A stretch of 64,000 nucleotides of DNA from Eledone cirrhosa (GCA_964016885.1 OZ024751.1:38440001-38504000); one strand, 5' to 3'; positions 14,556-28,726 are shown, numbered from the stretch's first letter. Notes: a model not told the origin generated them from the sequence alone. Made by a program: numbers and translations.

Positions 14556-14622
<67 letters not shown>

Positions 14623-15261
14623 TTGTGGTAGTTTGTTGATATCGACTATTATTTCACACACGCTGTCATCATCATCATCATCATATTTATCTTCATATTT
14701 TTATTATTTTTAGTACCTTTTTATAGAATGTGTGTGTTTGGAATATTATTATTATTTTCACTCTATATAATGTTTCCAATATGTTTTATTTATTATTTTC
14801 CGCCCCCTTACACGACAGTGTGTGGGTGTGTTTACAGTGTGTTCCAGAAATGATATAACCAACAATACCAAACAGCTAGCTTCTCTATATAATTACGTTT
14901 AATTGATACTTGCAAACGAATGATTAACACGCTTTTGAACACACATACGGAGTCACCGCAAAACACACACATTCTATAATTGCAATCTTTCTATTTTAAA
15001 TATTTATTTGAAATTATCCCACTGTATCCATTTCACAACTACGGATATTTCTGATGTGCGTTTTATTGTTTTTGTTATTTTTATAATAGTAATAATAATA
15101 ACAATAATAATAATGATGATAATGATAATAGTGATAATGATGATTTCATGTTAGAAAATATGTGATCCAAGAGATTAATACCTCCTTGTAAACATTTGAA
15201 CAAATACTGCACATACACATCACTAAATATTGGGAATCACACATCCATATATATATATATA

Positions 15262-15363
15262 TAATAATAATAATAAAATTGAAGACTAAAATCCAAAGAG
15301 GGCTCGATAAGGATAAATAAAGCAGCGATTCTTTGCTTAAACTTTAATCTGTTATTTAATAAA
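15262..15363. mobile_element. TA-inserted hammerhead family B copy (inverted pieces)
   Basis: Antisense tail (gaagactaaaatccaaagagggctcgataagg) joined to sense aaagcagcgattctttgcttaaactttaatctg; (TA)n both sides. Confidence 0.8.
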
Positions 15364-15388
15364 TATATATATATATATATATATATAT

Positions 15389-15570
15389 GATAAGATTCAG
15401 GACCCCGACGGCAGAGCTCCGCCCTTTTGACAGGTAGATCTGATCTAGCTGTCGAAACTGCCGGAGCTCACCCGTCGGGGTCCTGAATATTTTCATATTA
15501 CCCACTCAACTACCCTAAGTATCGAGTACTCTGATGGGTTCTGGTTCACCTGGGTTTTTTCCACACCCTA

Positions 15571-15574
<4 letters not shown>
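15389..15574 (+). mobile_element. TA-inserted palindromic family A copy (divergent variant)
   Basis: caggaccccgacgg...ccgtcggggtcctg inverted arms plus tail ttacccactcaactaccctaagtatcgagtac; (TA)n both sides. Confidence 0.8.
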
Positions 15575-15618
<44 letters not shown>

Positions 15619-15619
15619 G

Positions 15620-15699
<80 letters not shown>

Positions 15700-15753
15700 T
15701 ATGTATATGTATATATATATGTATATATATATATATATGTATGTATGTATATG

Positions 15754-15860
<107 letters not shown>

Positions 15861-15877
15861 GTATGTATATGTATATA

Positions 15878-15938
<61 letters not shown>

Positions 15939-16739
15939 CCCAACCAATGCAATGTGCATATATAGATATGTATACACATACCTATATGTGTTTGTACGTA
16001 TATGTAAATATATGTCTTTATGTATTCATATACGTTTCAAATAGGTTTCAATGAATATTACCCACACAAGATATACAAATGTACCCACACAGATTATATA
16101 AGAAAATGTAATATTCCCTAATTGCCTCAGCAGAAGATCGATTCCTAAGCAGGGTGCGTCATTCTATAACCGCATCTGCACTTAATATCCTTTTAATATT
16201 TTTGTTAGACGTTATAAATGAATAGTCATACATGCCTGATCAAATGGACTATAACATATGCACTACACATATAAACGTTGATTTACTATCCTCCAGGATG
16301 ACAATTAGAATCAATTCAAATAACTAGATGAGCTCTCAAAGCCTAATCCAAACTTATGTGAACTCTAAGGCTGAAGCTATAATTAAAATACATTCATTAT
16401 TTAGCAACCTAATCTGTCATATTTCATGTACGATCTACAAAACACGCAACATTCTTTAAATTTTTTAGTTCAGACTTGTTTTTATAAAAATATAATTTTA
16501 ATTCCATCTTTCTTAGCAAATGATCATTGAAACCCCTACTTGATGAAGCCATTTGAAAACCTTTATGGTTTCTTTATTCTTTTACAGTTTTCTGACATTA
16601 AAATCTGGCCATGCTGGGGCTAACACTTAAAATGATTTTGTGTGGCTGAATCCCACAAAAAACATTGTTGTGAAACGCAGCGAACTCATTAATCACACAG
16701 CTATGATCCACCTATCAATACAAAACGACTTCCTTCATT

Positions 16740-16880
16740 TTAATCCCATCCTCATATCTGAGGGTCACTGGTCATGAACTTATAGACCCAAACTCTCCAT
16801 CTTTTCTTGTCTATTGCCATTGCAGTACATTCCCCCAAAGACATTCCTGTATCGTATTCCTTAATATCACCCGTCCATTT
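16740..16880 (-). pseudogene. RTE-clade LINE extreme 3' end
   Basis: Minus strand reads KWTGDIKEYDTGMSLGECTAMAIDKKRWRVWV...DPQI*, like RTE C-termini (W.D.I....G.SL......DR..WR). Confidence 0.6.
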
Positions 16881-17168
16881 GTGAATCTACGTACAAAACG
16901 CAGCAGTCTTCAATTATAACATGTCTCTCCAGTATATAATCGATGAATCCATGATACTAAAGACATTTCAACATAACATTGTAAGCCACTGTACATAGAA
17001 TGTGCATTCTATTATTCTTTTACTGATATAATTCATGAAAACGCGCAAATCTGGGGTATAACATCAACATGATTAAATCGATTACATTGATTCCAGTAAA
17101 GTCTGGTAGTTCTTCCATCTGTTCTATTTTGTCTAACCAACAATTTACAGTGCATACCCGTGCGCAAC

Positions 17169-17289
<121 letters not shown>

Positions 17290-17430
17290 ATATATATATA
17301 AATATAATTTTAACGTTCGCATATATATACATGCATAAACACTTATGCGTATCTATACGTATACCTCTCTTACTCTTTATATCTCTGTGTATCTCTCTCT
17401 ACACACACATACATATAGACACACACACTT

Positions 17431-17507
<77 letters not shown>

Positions 17508-17520
17508 CACACACACACAC

Positions 17521-17611
<91 letters not shown>

Positions 17612-17954
17612 TATATACATTTTAATTCAAGGCAAGATTTTTATGCAAACGGATAATTCTAATTATAAGCTTTCTTGTTTGTAAACAAAAGATCGATAAA
17701 ATCCATGCTATGATGCCACAACAAACGTTTGTAAGCCAAACAAATCTAACTGCATGTATCTTAGTTTACAATCATGCATTGTTCAGACGTAATTATAACG
17801 TTTAAAATGTTTCGACCGACAGTTGTATCGATTCTTCCTGATTATTCTATCGTATTCGTTTTTAGTAAATATTGATCTGTATAATCAACAAGGCTTTGCC
17901 TTAATCTGATGATGTGATATATTTCTACCAGTAGAAGTATTGTAGCCTAAATTT

Positions 17955-18016
<62 letters not shown>

Positions 18017-18064
18017 TTAGTTTCTGAATTTGGCAACATGACCCTCCCAAAGCATAACAATATA

Positions 18065-18095
<31 letters not shown>

Positions 18096-18125
18096 TATAT
18101 TATATATATATATATATTATATATA

Positions 18126-18166
<41 letters not shown>

Positions 18167-18710
18167 TTATTTTTATCAATACTCTCCAAATGAAAAATTG
18201 GTACAATATTTTTTGTTTTTCCTTTCGTTTTACAGCAATTGAATATTCATATAACAATTATGTCTTAAAAAAGGAAAACTAAAAAATTTAAAATAATTGT
18301 AATAACTGTTTCTTTTTTAGCCACACAGGTTTGTCAACAAGGAAATATTAAAGTGGCTGAGACGATAAAAAACGTGAGTTTTACAGACAGATAAGAAAAC
18401 ACACACCAAAGAATCATCTCAAAATGGTCATTCGGGGGGAAAGCCCCAAAAGCCGCGGTGGCACTCATCGATAAAGCAATTGCCCCCTACCCGTTGTCTT
18501 CTTTTCACCTAAATTGAGCGTGGTTTACTTTCTAGTTTTTTTTTTCTTATAATTTAAGGGAAGTGATTTTAAGAAAAGCAGAATGTCAGTTAAGTCAAAC
18601 CCAGTGCGTTTATTTTACTCTATGTAATCGACCCCCGCAAGTATGAACTCTTTTAGTATATGCAGTGTTTATTCGTTACTTAATCTACATATTGGATTTA
18701 AAGGAATGGT

Positions 18711-18786
<76 letters not shown>

Positions 18787-18788
<2 letters not shown>

Positions 18789-18975
18789 AACGAGTAGGAC
18801 CCCGGCGGCTGAGCTCAAGCCGTTTCGACGGCTAATTGAGTCCAGAATTAGCCGTCGAAACGGCTTGAGCTCAACCGTCGGGGTCCTACTCGTTCCTATT
18901 ACCCACTCTACTACACTAAGTATTGAGTACTTTGGTGCGGTATGGCCCACCTGTTTCCTTACCACATTTCCTTCG

Positions 18976-18977
<2 letters not shown>
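18787..18977 (+). mobile_element. TA-inserted palindromic family A copy
   Basis: Palindrome 18787-18896 plus ~80 nt tail ending ttcgtt; long (TA)n on both sides. Confidence 0.9.
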
Positions 18978-19045
<68 letters not shown>

Positions 19046-19136
19046 AAGAGTTAAACAAGATTCAATGATTACATCAACGAATGAGTTTTACAGTAGATTG
19101 GAATCACTCTGCAAAAAATATTTTCCAGAGTTATTA

Positions 19137-19428
19137 ATATTAAAATTCAAATATTAATAAAATAGATGTTCTTGTGAACAATTATATGTTATTATACATA
19201 TTTCAGAGGTACGTGAATCAGGTTCAACAGTACGTCCTCATCAGATAAAATAAAATAAAATGATACATGACATACCCTGAGATATTAGATGGTTAAGATT
19301 TATGTATCATTTTATTTTATCTGATGAGGGCGTACTGTTGAACCTGATTCACGTACCTCTGAAATATGTATAATAGAATGTAATTGATCAGAAGAACATC
19401 TATTTTATTAATATTTGAATTTTAATAT
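19137..19428. mobile_element. ~130 bp inverted repeat carrying a hammerhead core in each arm
   Basis: Arms 19137-19268 and 19302-19428; CTGATGA at 19321, GAAA at 19361; right end runs into (TA)n. Confidence 0.8.
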
Positions 19429-19596
19429 ATATATATATATAAGTAAGATCTATGGTAGGTCGTATGTGAATCGCGATGATCACGTCTGACTTACCAAATA
19501 TGTGACGGTAGCTAGTTAAGCTCTATGCGTATACGCAGAGCAGAAATATTAGTGAAAAAGAACAAAGGAACTATTATGACATTATAACAAGTTTAT

Positions 19597-19643
19597 TGCC
19601 GACAGCCGTTTGGTCCGACCCCATGGTGGGACTTATCAAGGCA
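19597..19643 (-). ncRNA. Type I hammerhead-like motif (U3-A8 variant, G12 mutated)
   Basis: Minus strand: TGCC-TTGATAA-GTCC...GGAC-cAAA-CGGCTG-TC-GGCA, overlapping an AATAAA; within a TA-flanked insert 19441-19698. Confidence 0.6.
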
Positions 19644-19698
19644 TATAACATGTGATTGCAAGATCATTGTTTACATCAACGTATCACTCAAGGTGAAC

Positions 19699-19762
<64 letters not shown>

Positions 19763-20164
19763 AATTTCCTATTAAAATGTGAACGAATGGAATTCATGTG
19801 AACTGGCAATAGTAAGATGAACATCAGACGAACGGAGAGACAGTGTATGTAGGATGTACTTTAGTTTTGTTTCAGATTCTGCACGGATTTCCACACGGAG
19901 AGACGTTTTCTGGAAAGCCAAAAATACCGGAGGCGTGTGATGTGTAGAATGTTAATTTTTCTTATGCTGCCAGTCATTCCAATTGGCAGACATTTGTGAG
20001 GAATAATTCTTTTATGTGAGATACACAAACTTAAGAAATGTTATAATCAATCATTTTGGGTGTAAACATTTTTTTCCTAAATTGTAGTCAAACATACATG
20101 CATATATTCGCGTGTTGGGGATATATAGTGATGGACCTATGTGTGTTTCTATATATAGTATTTT

Positions 20165-20203
<39 letters not shown>

Positions 20204-20290
20204 AATATAAATACATACGTGTCTATGTGCGTGTGTGTCTATTTGTGCATATATTATATATATATATATACATACACATGCATAGAGAGA

Positions 20291-20327
<37 letters not shown>

Positions 20328-20584
20328 GCAGTAGGAAATAAATAGAGATTAGCAATATATTGTGCCATCCACTTTCATATATATATGGATCAGTATATTC
20401 ATAGTACGATTCCTCGACTCAAATTGTGTTGGGCTTATTAACCCCTAAATAAAGTTTCAGTTTAACTTACCCTTTTGGCTTTTAAGTGCTAGCCATATTT
20501 TGCATTTTGCTAAACTCAACACTTTAGTATAGTTTTTGAAGTTTAATGCTATCCTTGTTATTTCAGATACATTATTTGTATGTT

Positions 20585-20772
20585 TGGTGGATTGGCAGTA
20601 TCGGTAGAGGGTCGGACACCTTGCTTTCTAGCGTAGTTACGCCCCTTTAAGTTCTTAGTTCAAATCTTGTCGAGGTTAACTTTGCCTTTCATCCTTACGG
20701 GGTCGATCAAATAAAGTACCAGTAATGCACTGCAAATTGCTGGCCTTGTGCCAAAAGTAGAAACAATTATTT
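20585..20772 (+). mobile_element. SINE family 1, short-tail variant
   Basis: Colinear with the 11983 copy. Confidence 0.85.
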
Positions 20773-20958
20773 CTATGTTCGTTTAATATGTGTATTGAAA
20801 TGTATCTTTCAAATCGTTTATATCCGACTTTTGTCTCATCTGAAAATGTGTACGTTTCATTTTCGTCGTGGTTTTAAATTTCATTGATACTGCAAAGGAT
20901 TGTTCTTCCCACTATCTCTTTCACACTCGTTCGCTCTTTGTCTCTCTCTCACTAACGT

Positions 20959-20997
<39 letters not shown>

Positions 20998-21503
20998 GAT
21001 AAGTGTGTGTGTGTGTTTATGGGTGTTTTTGTGTCTGTGTCTGTGAGCGTTTGTATATATATATAAATGTGTGAGTGGGTATATGTGTGTGTGTATGTAT
21101 GTGTGTATGGTTGTTTTTGTGTGCCTGTGTCTGCGAGAGCGTGTATATATATATATATGTGTGTGTATATATATGTGTGTGTATATACGAGTATGTGTAT
21201 GTGTGTGTGTGTGTGTGTATGCATGTATGTGTGTATGGTTGTTTCTGAGTGTCTTTGTCTGCTTGTGTGTATATATATATATATGTGTACGTATGTGAAT
21301 ATAGATATTTCCACCTCTACACATGTGCAGAAATATCCATATTAAACTAATTAATTGCTTTCCAATTACGAAAATTATGCAATTACGGGTAATTTATTAG
21401 ATCAATTAATAGAATACAAACATACACACATCTCGATTCCTAGATATATTTACATACATTTATACATATATTTATACATATACATATACATATATATATA
21501 CAC

Positions 21504-21686
<183 letters not shown>

Positions 21687-21707
21687 CATATATATATACA
21701 CACATAT

Positions 21708-21745
<38 letters not shown>

Positions 21746-22212
21746 CGTAATGATATAAACTAGGAACTATGAAACAAACAACACAAAACAATGGACCCTA
21801 TAATTCCATCAGATATAAACATGGCCCATTTATTTAACAACCAGGACAAAAACAACGAAATTATTTGGGTTTTTTTTATCCGAAATTCATCAAGGTTTAA
21901 TCTTTTGTGAAGTTTTCAGTCCATTCAAATTAGAGCAATTGTGGAAATTACTCCAATGCTCGACATATACCTTGCCTGAAGCAAATAAAACATAAAATCA
22001 GATTTATTGGTAAACTGTAATCTGCGAAAATTAACAGTACATTTAATGTTCTTTGAAGCGTAGCGGAGTACTCAGTCTAGCATTAGTCATTGTTGTTGGA
22101 GGTAATGAAAGATTAATGAATGTGATAACAGGAACAAACTTTTGTCTATCTGTGTAAACATATAGAATCATTTAGATGTACATACACACACACACATTAT
22201 ATATTCACGCAG

Positions 22213-22285
<73 letters not shown>

Positions 22286-22339
22286 CATATATATATTTAC
22301 ATATACGTACATAGACATATATATGTGTATGTACTTACA

Positions 22340-22380
<41 letters not shown>

Positions 22381-22383
<3 letters not shown>

Positions 22384-22684
22384 GCGCCTTGTGCGTGTAG
22401 GAACACATATCATATTATTACTAATCTCCTCTATGTTCAGAAAAATGTTGGTCGTTCTGACTGCTGCTAGTGATATTCGAAACCGATTCGGTAAAGGTAA
22501 CTATAGTAAGTAAAGTTAATTTTTTAAAATTTATTTTGAAACTTTTTCCTTATTTGCTAAACCTTGATTATATATGTTCTGGCTCGTTAATTTATTAACC
22601 TGCCATTGAACCACATTGGCATATGGTTGGACAATACATGTGTCCCTTAGCGCCTTGTGCGTGTAGGAACACATATCATATTAT
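22381..22684 (+). mobile_element. 266 bp unit with 38 bp terminal direct repeat and hammerhead-like motif, in (TA)n
   Basis: ttagcgccttgtgcgtgtaggaacacatatcatattat at 22381 and 22647; CTGA at 22457 and GAAA-CCGA-t-TCGG-TA at 22479-22493. Confidence 0.65.
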
Positions 22685-22750
22685 ATATATATAAATATAT
22701 ATATATATATTCATGTAAGTATAGACACATATATATATATGTGTATGTAC

Positions 22751-22807
<57 letters not shown>

Positions 22808-22812
<5 letters not shown>

Positions 22813-23031
22813 TAAAATAACAGATTAAAGTTTAAGCAAAGAATCGCTGCTTTCACCCTGAACGGGATCTTTCAGAAGATCCCGTTCAGGGTGAAAGCAG
22901 CGTTTCTTTGCTTCAACTTTAATCTGTTATTTTAATAAATATTTGCTCTCCGGTTCTTATATATTTGATATATATATTTATCCTTATCGAGCCCTCTTTG
23001 GATTTTAGTCTTCAAATTTATTATTATTACT
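22808..23031 (+). mobile_element. TA-inserted hammerhead family B copy (palindrome plus tail)
   Basis: ~65 bp inverted arms centred near 22871, then tail ending ttattattattact. Confidence 0.9.
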
Positions 23032-23507
23032 AAATATATATATATATATTTTAAAATTAATATATAACCATGAATTCAATTGTATGTACATACATCTGTA
23101 CCAGCGAGGGTTTATATATATCGGCATTCATTTTATGTTTGGTGTATAGCTTATATGCATACGTATATGTAGATAATTGTATTGATTATTTGTGTAGAAT
23201 GTACACTTCTATGTATCTCTCTATCTATCTATATATATATTAGGGGCGTTGGACGCATTTCTGAATTGGGGGGAATGGTAAATTTGGTCAATTTTGCTTT
23301 AGTGATTAGTTTAACTGTTATTATCAATTATCAACCAAGATGTTATAAACAGACTTCTCCATGAAAACTACATTAAGGACAAACGTGTTTGTGGAATGCT
23401 CAGCCACTTAAAACTTTAATACAAGATGGACTGTACCTGTAATTGAAAGGGACAGCTTTTCACATGCACTGTGCTATGTTGAATCTCCTTGAAAATAATA
23501 AGTATTC

Positions 23508-23540
<33 letters not shown>

Positions 23541-25339
23541 CGTGTGTGTCTGAGTGTGTGTGCGTGTGCGTGTGTGTGGGGGTGTGGGGGTGGGTGTATG
23601 TGTATGTGTGTGTGTGTGTGGTTTTGTAATTTTGTGTTCATTAATAATTTTTTAGAGTGTTCCTGTTTGCCGTTGAAGATATAGACACCATGTCTTCCCA
23701 TATAATTTGGGAACAAAATACAAAAAATATAATATTTAAAAAAGCCATCCTGAAAGCATATTCCACTACGATGAATGCGCCTCTAGATTCTCCCAATATG
23801 TTTCTTTGTGAAATATACATGAAGGAATCTACTTTGAATCAATAAGAATACAGAAGCAATCCAAATTCACGAAATGACGTTTTTTAAGGGCAAGTGCGAT
23901 ATGAGAATTTGGAAGATGAGGATAGATAGATAGATAGAGAGATTGATAGAAGAGATAGATAGATAGATAGAGAGAGAGAGAGGGGGCGAGAGAGAGAGGG
24001 AGAGATAGAAAGGGGTCGTAGAAGAGGAGAAGGAAGAACATTAACAACCGCTACAATTATAACGATAATTATTTCGTCATACTTGCAATAAACTATATAA
24101 AATTGGGGTTAGAAAATACAGATGAAAACATTTATCGATAAAATAAAAAAACGGATATTGAACAAATATAAAACATACAAGGTATTATGTACTCAAAACT
24201 AGAGGAGAACACATTGACTAAGTTTTGTCAGTGTAGCCACGACATAAATTTTATGAGGTTCGTTGACATTTCTATATCCAACAATTTCTATCAATAATAT
24301 ATGGAAGTTCACATGAATAAATATATCATAGAATGTGTATGTGTGCATACGCGCGCGCGTGTGTGTGTGTGTGTACTTGCATGCGTGATTGTATGCGTGT
24401 GTGAATGTGTGTGTGAGTGTGTTACTTTCGCGTGTGTGTGTATGCGTCTGTGTTTCACGATCTGTCCCTCCACCGAGTGTTCCAGAAAATCAGAACCCAT
24501 TTCAGTAATGTATATTTCAAAGAATTGCAGAAATGATAGAAATATAAAGATAATGAAATAGAGATAAGATGAGGGAATGGACTTAAACAGGACCAATCCC
24601 TAAAATAATAGGTGCTTGGGGACTGTTTAAAGATGATAAAGATAAATACATAATCAAACCACCTAAAACATACTGAAAAAAAGTGCATTTCTAACTAGTG
24701 CATTCAGTACATTTAGTACAATAATAAAAATACACAACCAAAATGAAAAAGCTAACAACAAAATAAAAGAAATCTACTACACATATCAAAAGTACACAGT
24801 GACAGCTCAGCATTGTATAATGTAATGAATGCACGCCATAAAAATATGACTACTTAGAAATGATGATATTAATGTTTACTGCCCTTCCCAATAGTAATAA
24901 TTATTTCTATCCTAGGCACATGGACACATAATTCGTAGATGGTAGAGTCGATTAATATCGATTTCTTAGATTGGGGCTGCCATTTCAATTGGTATATCAA
25001 TATATGACTGTTGCAGATTCTATCAACTTGTGAGTGTTGAAAGATAAAATTAATAACTGATCCGATGGGTTTAGGTTCATGTCCTAGATCATCGGGATCA
25101 AGTTTATAATTTGGAGGTTCATAAAGTTATTAGCCTTCCCATATTGCAATTGATTGAACCTGTGTCTTTGTGTCTATTTCCCTGTTGACATGTGTCAATG
25201 GAAGAAGTCGCTCTCTAGATAGAAATAGCCATCATCTCCGTTCCCGTGACCATCACTAACTATGTTATATGTATAATGTTCTGAATATAATTTACATAAC
25301 GCATTACATATTATAATAGCAAACCTACTACTAGTAATA

Positions 25340-25522
25340 ATGGCTAATTTAGGCACATGTCCACCAATTTGTAGAGAGGGGGAGACGAGTAAATCAACCG
25401 CCATGTATGACCGGTAGTTTACTTTAAGTTGAAAGTTAAAAGGGTGTGAGACCAAACGTCATTGCCGTAACAATACCACACAGAAATTTCATATTCTCTA
25501 AGATTTCTACCAATCCACCGTC
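25340..25522 (-). mobile_element. SINE family 1, decayed
   Basis: tttaggcacatgtcc tail and ctaccaatccaccg head recognisable. Confidence 0.5.
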
Positions 25523-25676
<154 letters not shown>

Positions 25677-26515
25677 AGACAGCATTACAATGCAACATAT
25701 CATTACTCTAGCCCTACAATTTACGAAACCAAGTCGTCAATAATGCTATGTTGTGTCTACACAGTTTTTGAGGTTAAACTACCTCCATGTATCTGCTGAA
25801 TATATATTAATATTATTATTTGGTGGCCTGAATTTCTGAGAGACACTAGTCATTGTTTCGGTCACAATAGAACGCTAACTACCTTGCAATAACCCTTGAC
25901 AGCATAAAGAACTATTTTAGTATCAGCATATTATTATTATTATCATCATTATTATCATTATTATTATTAATATCCGCTTCATCATCATGATCATCAACAA
26001 CATATTATCCAATGTCATCCTTTAAATGGTCGTTTGTTGTTGTTTTTTTTTGTTTCCTTTTCAATGTCGCCTATATATGTCATTCTTGATTTTCTTCTAT
26101 CTGAACAGCAATTTCAAAACCTACATACGGGCTTCTGACATGATTATGATCACCATCGATAACTTCAGCCTCACTACAACCATCATCATTAATTATCATC
26201 AGTATTTGCGTCGTCATCCTCTTTATGCCTCTCGAAGATCTTGCAATAAGATGCCTATATGTATTTATATATGTGTGTGAGTTTGAGTGTGTGTGTGTGT
26301 GTGCATGTTTACATACGTGTGTCTCTGTAGATGAATTAGAAACGCTTCATGATATGAGCTGCAGAATAAATTTGTGAAAGAAAAATGAAAACTTATACAC
26401 ATTACATATTTGTATATGTATATATGTATGTTATTTTTTGTTGAGGGTCAGTGATTTGGTTGTTTAGTTTCATGATAGTAAGGTTATGACTAAGATCTAT
26501 GGACCCACCATGAAG

Positions 26516-26589
26516 CACAGAACGTAAAGGGCCATAACTATGCTGCAAAGCATGGTTTCCGACGCTCTACCGATGCGTCAGACACCATG

Positions 26590-26638
<49 letters not shown>

Positions 26639-27048
26639 TAATTGTTTCTACTTTTGACACAAGGCCAGCAGTTAACCAGTGCACTACTGGTACTTTATTT
26701 TATCGAACCCGTAAGGATGAAATGCAAAGTTAACCTCCGCGGGATTCGAACTCAGAATGGCAAGGGCCGTAACTCTAGGCGTCAAAGCATGACGTACGAC
26801 TCTCTACCAATACTACCAATCCACTGAATAGTAATTGTTCCTTATATAGGCACAAGGCCAGCAATTTTGGCGGAGGGGAAAGTCGATTAAATCGACCCCA
26901 GTGCGTGATTGGTAGTTTATTTTATCGACCCCGTAAGGATGAAAGGCAAAGTTAACCTCGGCGAGATTCGAACTCAAAATGGCAAGGGCCGTAACTCTAG
27001 GCGTCAAAGCATGGCGTACGACCCTCTACCAATACTACCAATCCACCG
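26516..27048 (-). mobile_element. Tandem cluster of three SINE family 1 copies (26516-26586 partial, 26641-26826, 26832-27048)
   Basis: Repeated cores ttttatcgac(c/a)ccgtaaggatgaaa(t/g)gcaaagttaacctc and heads ctaccaatccac; (TAA)n spacers. Confidence 0.9.
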
Positions 27049-27672
27049 AATAATAATAATAATAATATACATTTGATAGTATTAATAGTAATAGAGTTAG
27101 AGTGGTGGTATTTCATTTCCAGCGTTACATCACATCACCCCTGCCATTTCGTCCCCTGTTGAGTATCAACAAAACCACGAACACCAGCAGAACTACAGAC
27201 TTATAATGATCGGGAACCCTCACCAGCCACACCTTTCTATGCCGTATATAATCTTGCGTATCTGCCGTATCTGCCACCCTCACTTATTCACACACACCCC
27301 ACACTCACACAATAGGACATATACCCTATTCGATCTCCCTCATTTCTCACTGCCTCATCTACATGTTCTCTTCTTATTCTCATTTCACTTCCTTCTTTTT
27401 CCTTTTATCTCTTCCCTTTCCTGTCTGTTAAATATATTTGACCACACCTCACTTTACCCAACTTAAATGTTATTAGTAGGGCCCGCCTCACCGTTCTCCC
27501 CCTCGTCCTCCCGTTCTCTTCATCATATAGAAACAGCAGCATCTATTTTACTTGCTTCAAAACGCCAGTTTAACTATGTTGGCCTTTAGCCAAACACATC
27601 ACTGATGTCGGTGCTCTTAATGAGTAAATTATGACATCTCTGATACTTTCAAAAGAATTATCTCTATCTCTC

Positions 27673-27755
<83 letters not shown>

Positions 27756-28726
27756 CAGCTATATATATAGCCATACAAATGTCTTAATTTTTCCTTTCTC
27801 TCTATCTCTATCCTTCTCCATTTTCCTTTGTTATTTCTTTTTTTTTATTTTGCATTTTGTTCTATCTATTCCGATATTCCGAACGATTACCCTCGCGGCA
27901 TTTCCGAATCCCTCATGACTCTTATAATAGAGGAGAGGAGGTAGATGCCTTATGTGTTCGGGGTTAAATTGATAGAAGCCATTCCTGCCAAACTAAAACT
28001 TTACATCATTCACCTCTACATCAGTATTTTAATCGTCAAGAGACTTAATACTGACCAAAGACTAATTCTTGCTTTGAATTATTCTTTTTATTCTCTTCTG
28101 CTGTTATCACATTTAACAGACTTTCCGAGTTTTTAATTAATTGAGGCCCTTAACGTAGTAAAGACTACGCCAAAAACTAACAGCCTCTCGTATACCTAAA
28201 ATATTTACTGCATTATATATATATATATATATATATATTTATGCATCTGTGTTTATATATGTGTGTATGTGAGTGTGTTTGTGTGTGCATATATGCATAC
28301 ATATGCACAAACTCATATACATAACCAGGTTAAAATTGCTGGTGAAAAGGTTATGCCTACAAAGTTTCAAGCCCACTGTTCTTCCACAATATATTATTTT
28401 CACTTATTTAAATATAAAGACGTTAGTATTATTTAAAACCTAGTGGCTGGTTATAACAGCCATTTCAGGGAAGTTATTTGCCGGATATCAAGACACTGTT
28501 GTAATATACAAATGTGTTTTTTCTGACATTACTACATTTATACAATTTATGAAGTATCTAGCGATATAGGATTGAGAGAAATTATTGTTCAATGCCAAAT
28601 CTCTGGAGTTAATGCTCAAATTGTAATATGTAATGAAGTTTGAACGAGGTTTTTACCAATTAACTTTATCAGATATTCTTGTTGAAATGGAATTTCACAC
28701 ATTATATATACAAACAAATACAATAC

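Noticed and set aside
12549-14557. Short ORFs antisense to the retrotransposon frames
   Set aside because: Shadow frames of the GC-richer LINE sequence
14556-14639. Poly-Ile tail of ORF 14025-14639 as a membrane anchor
   Set aside because: Read-through into the (ATT)n target tract
18321-18375. Possible small exon (tttag...gtgagt)
   Set aside because: Splice-like signals only; no supported frame or partner exons
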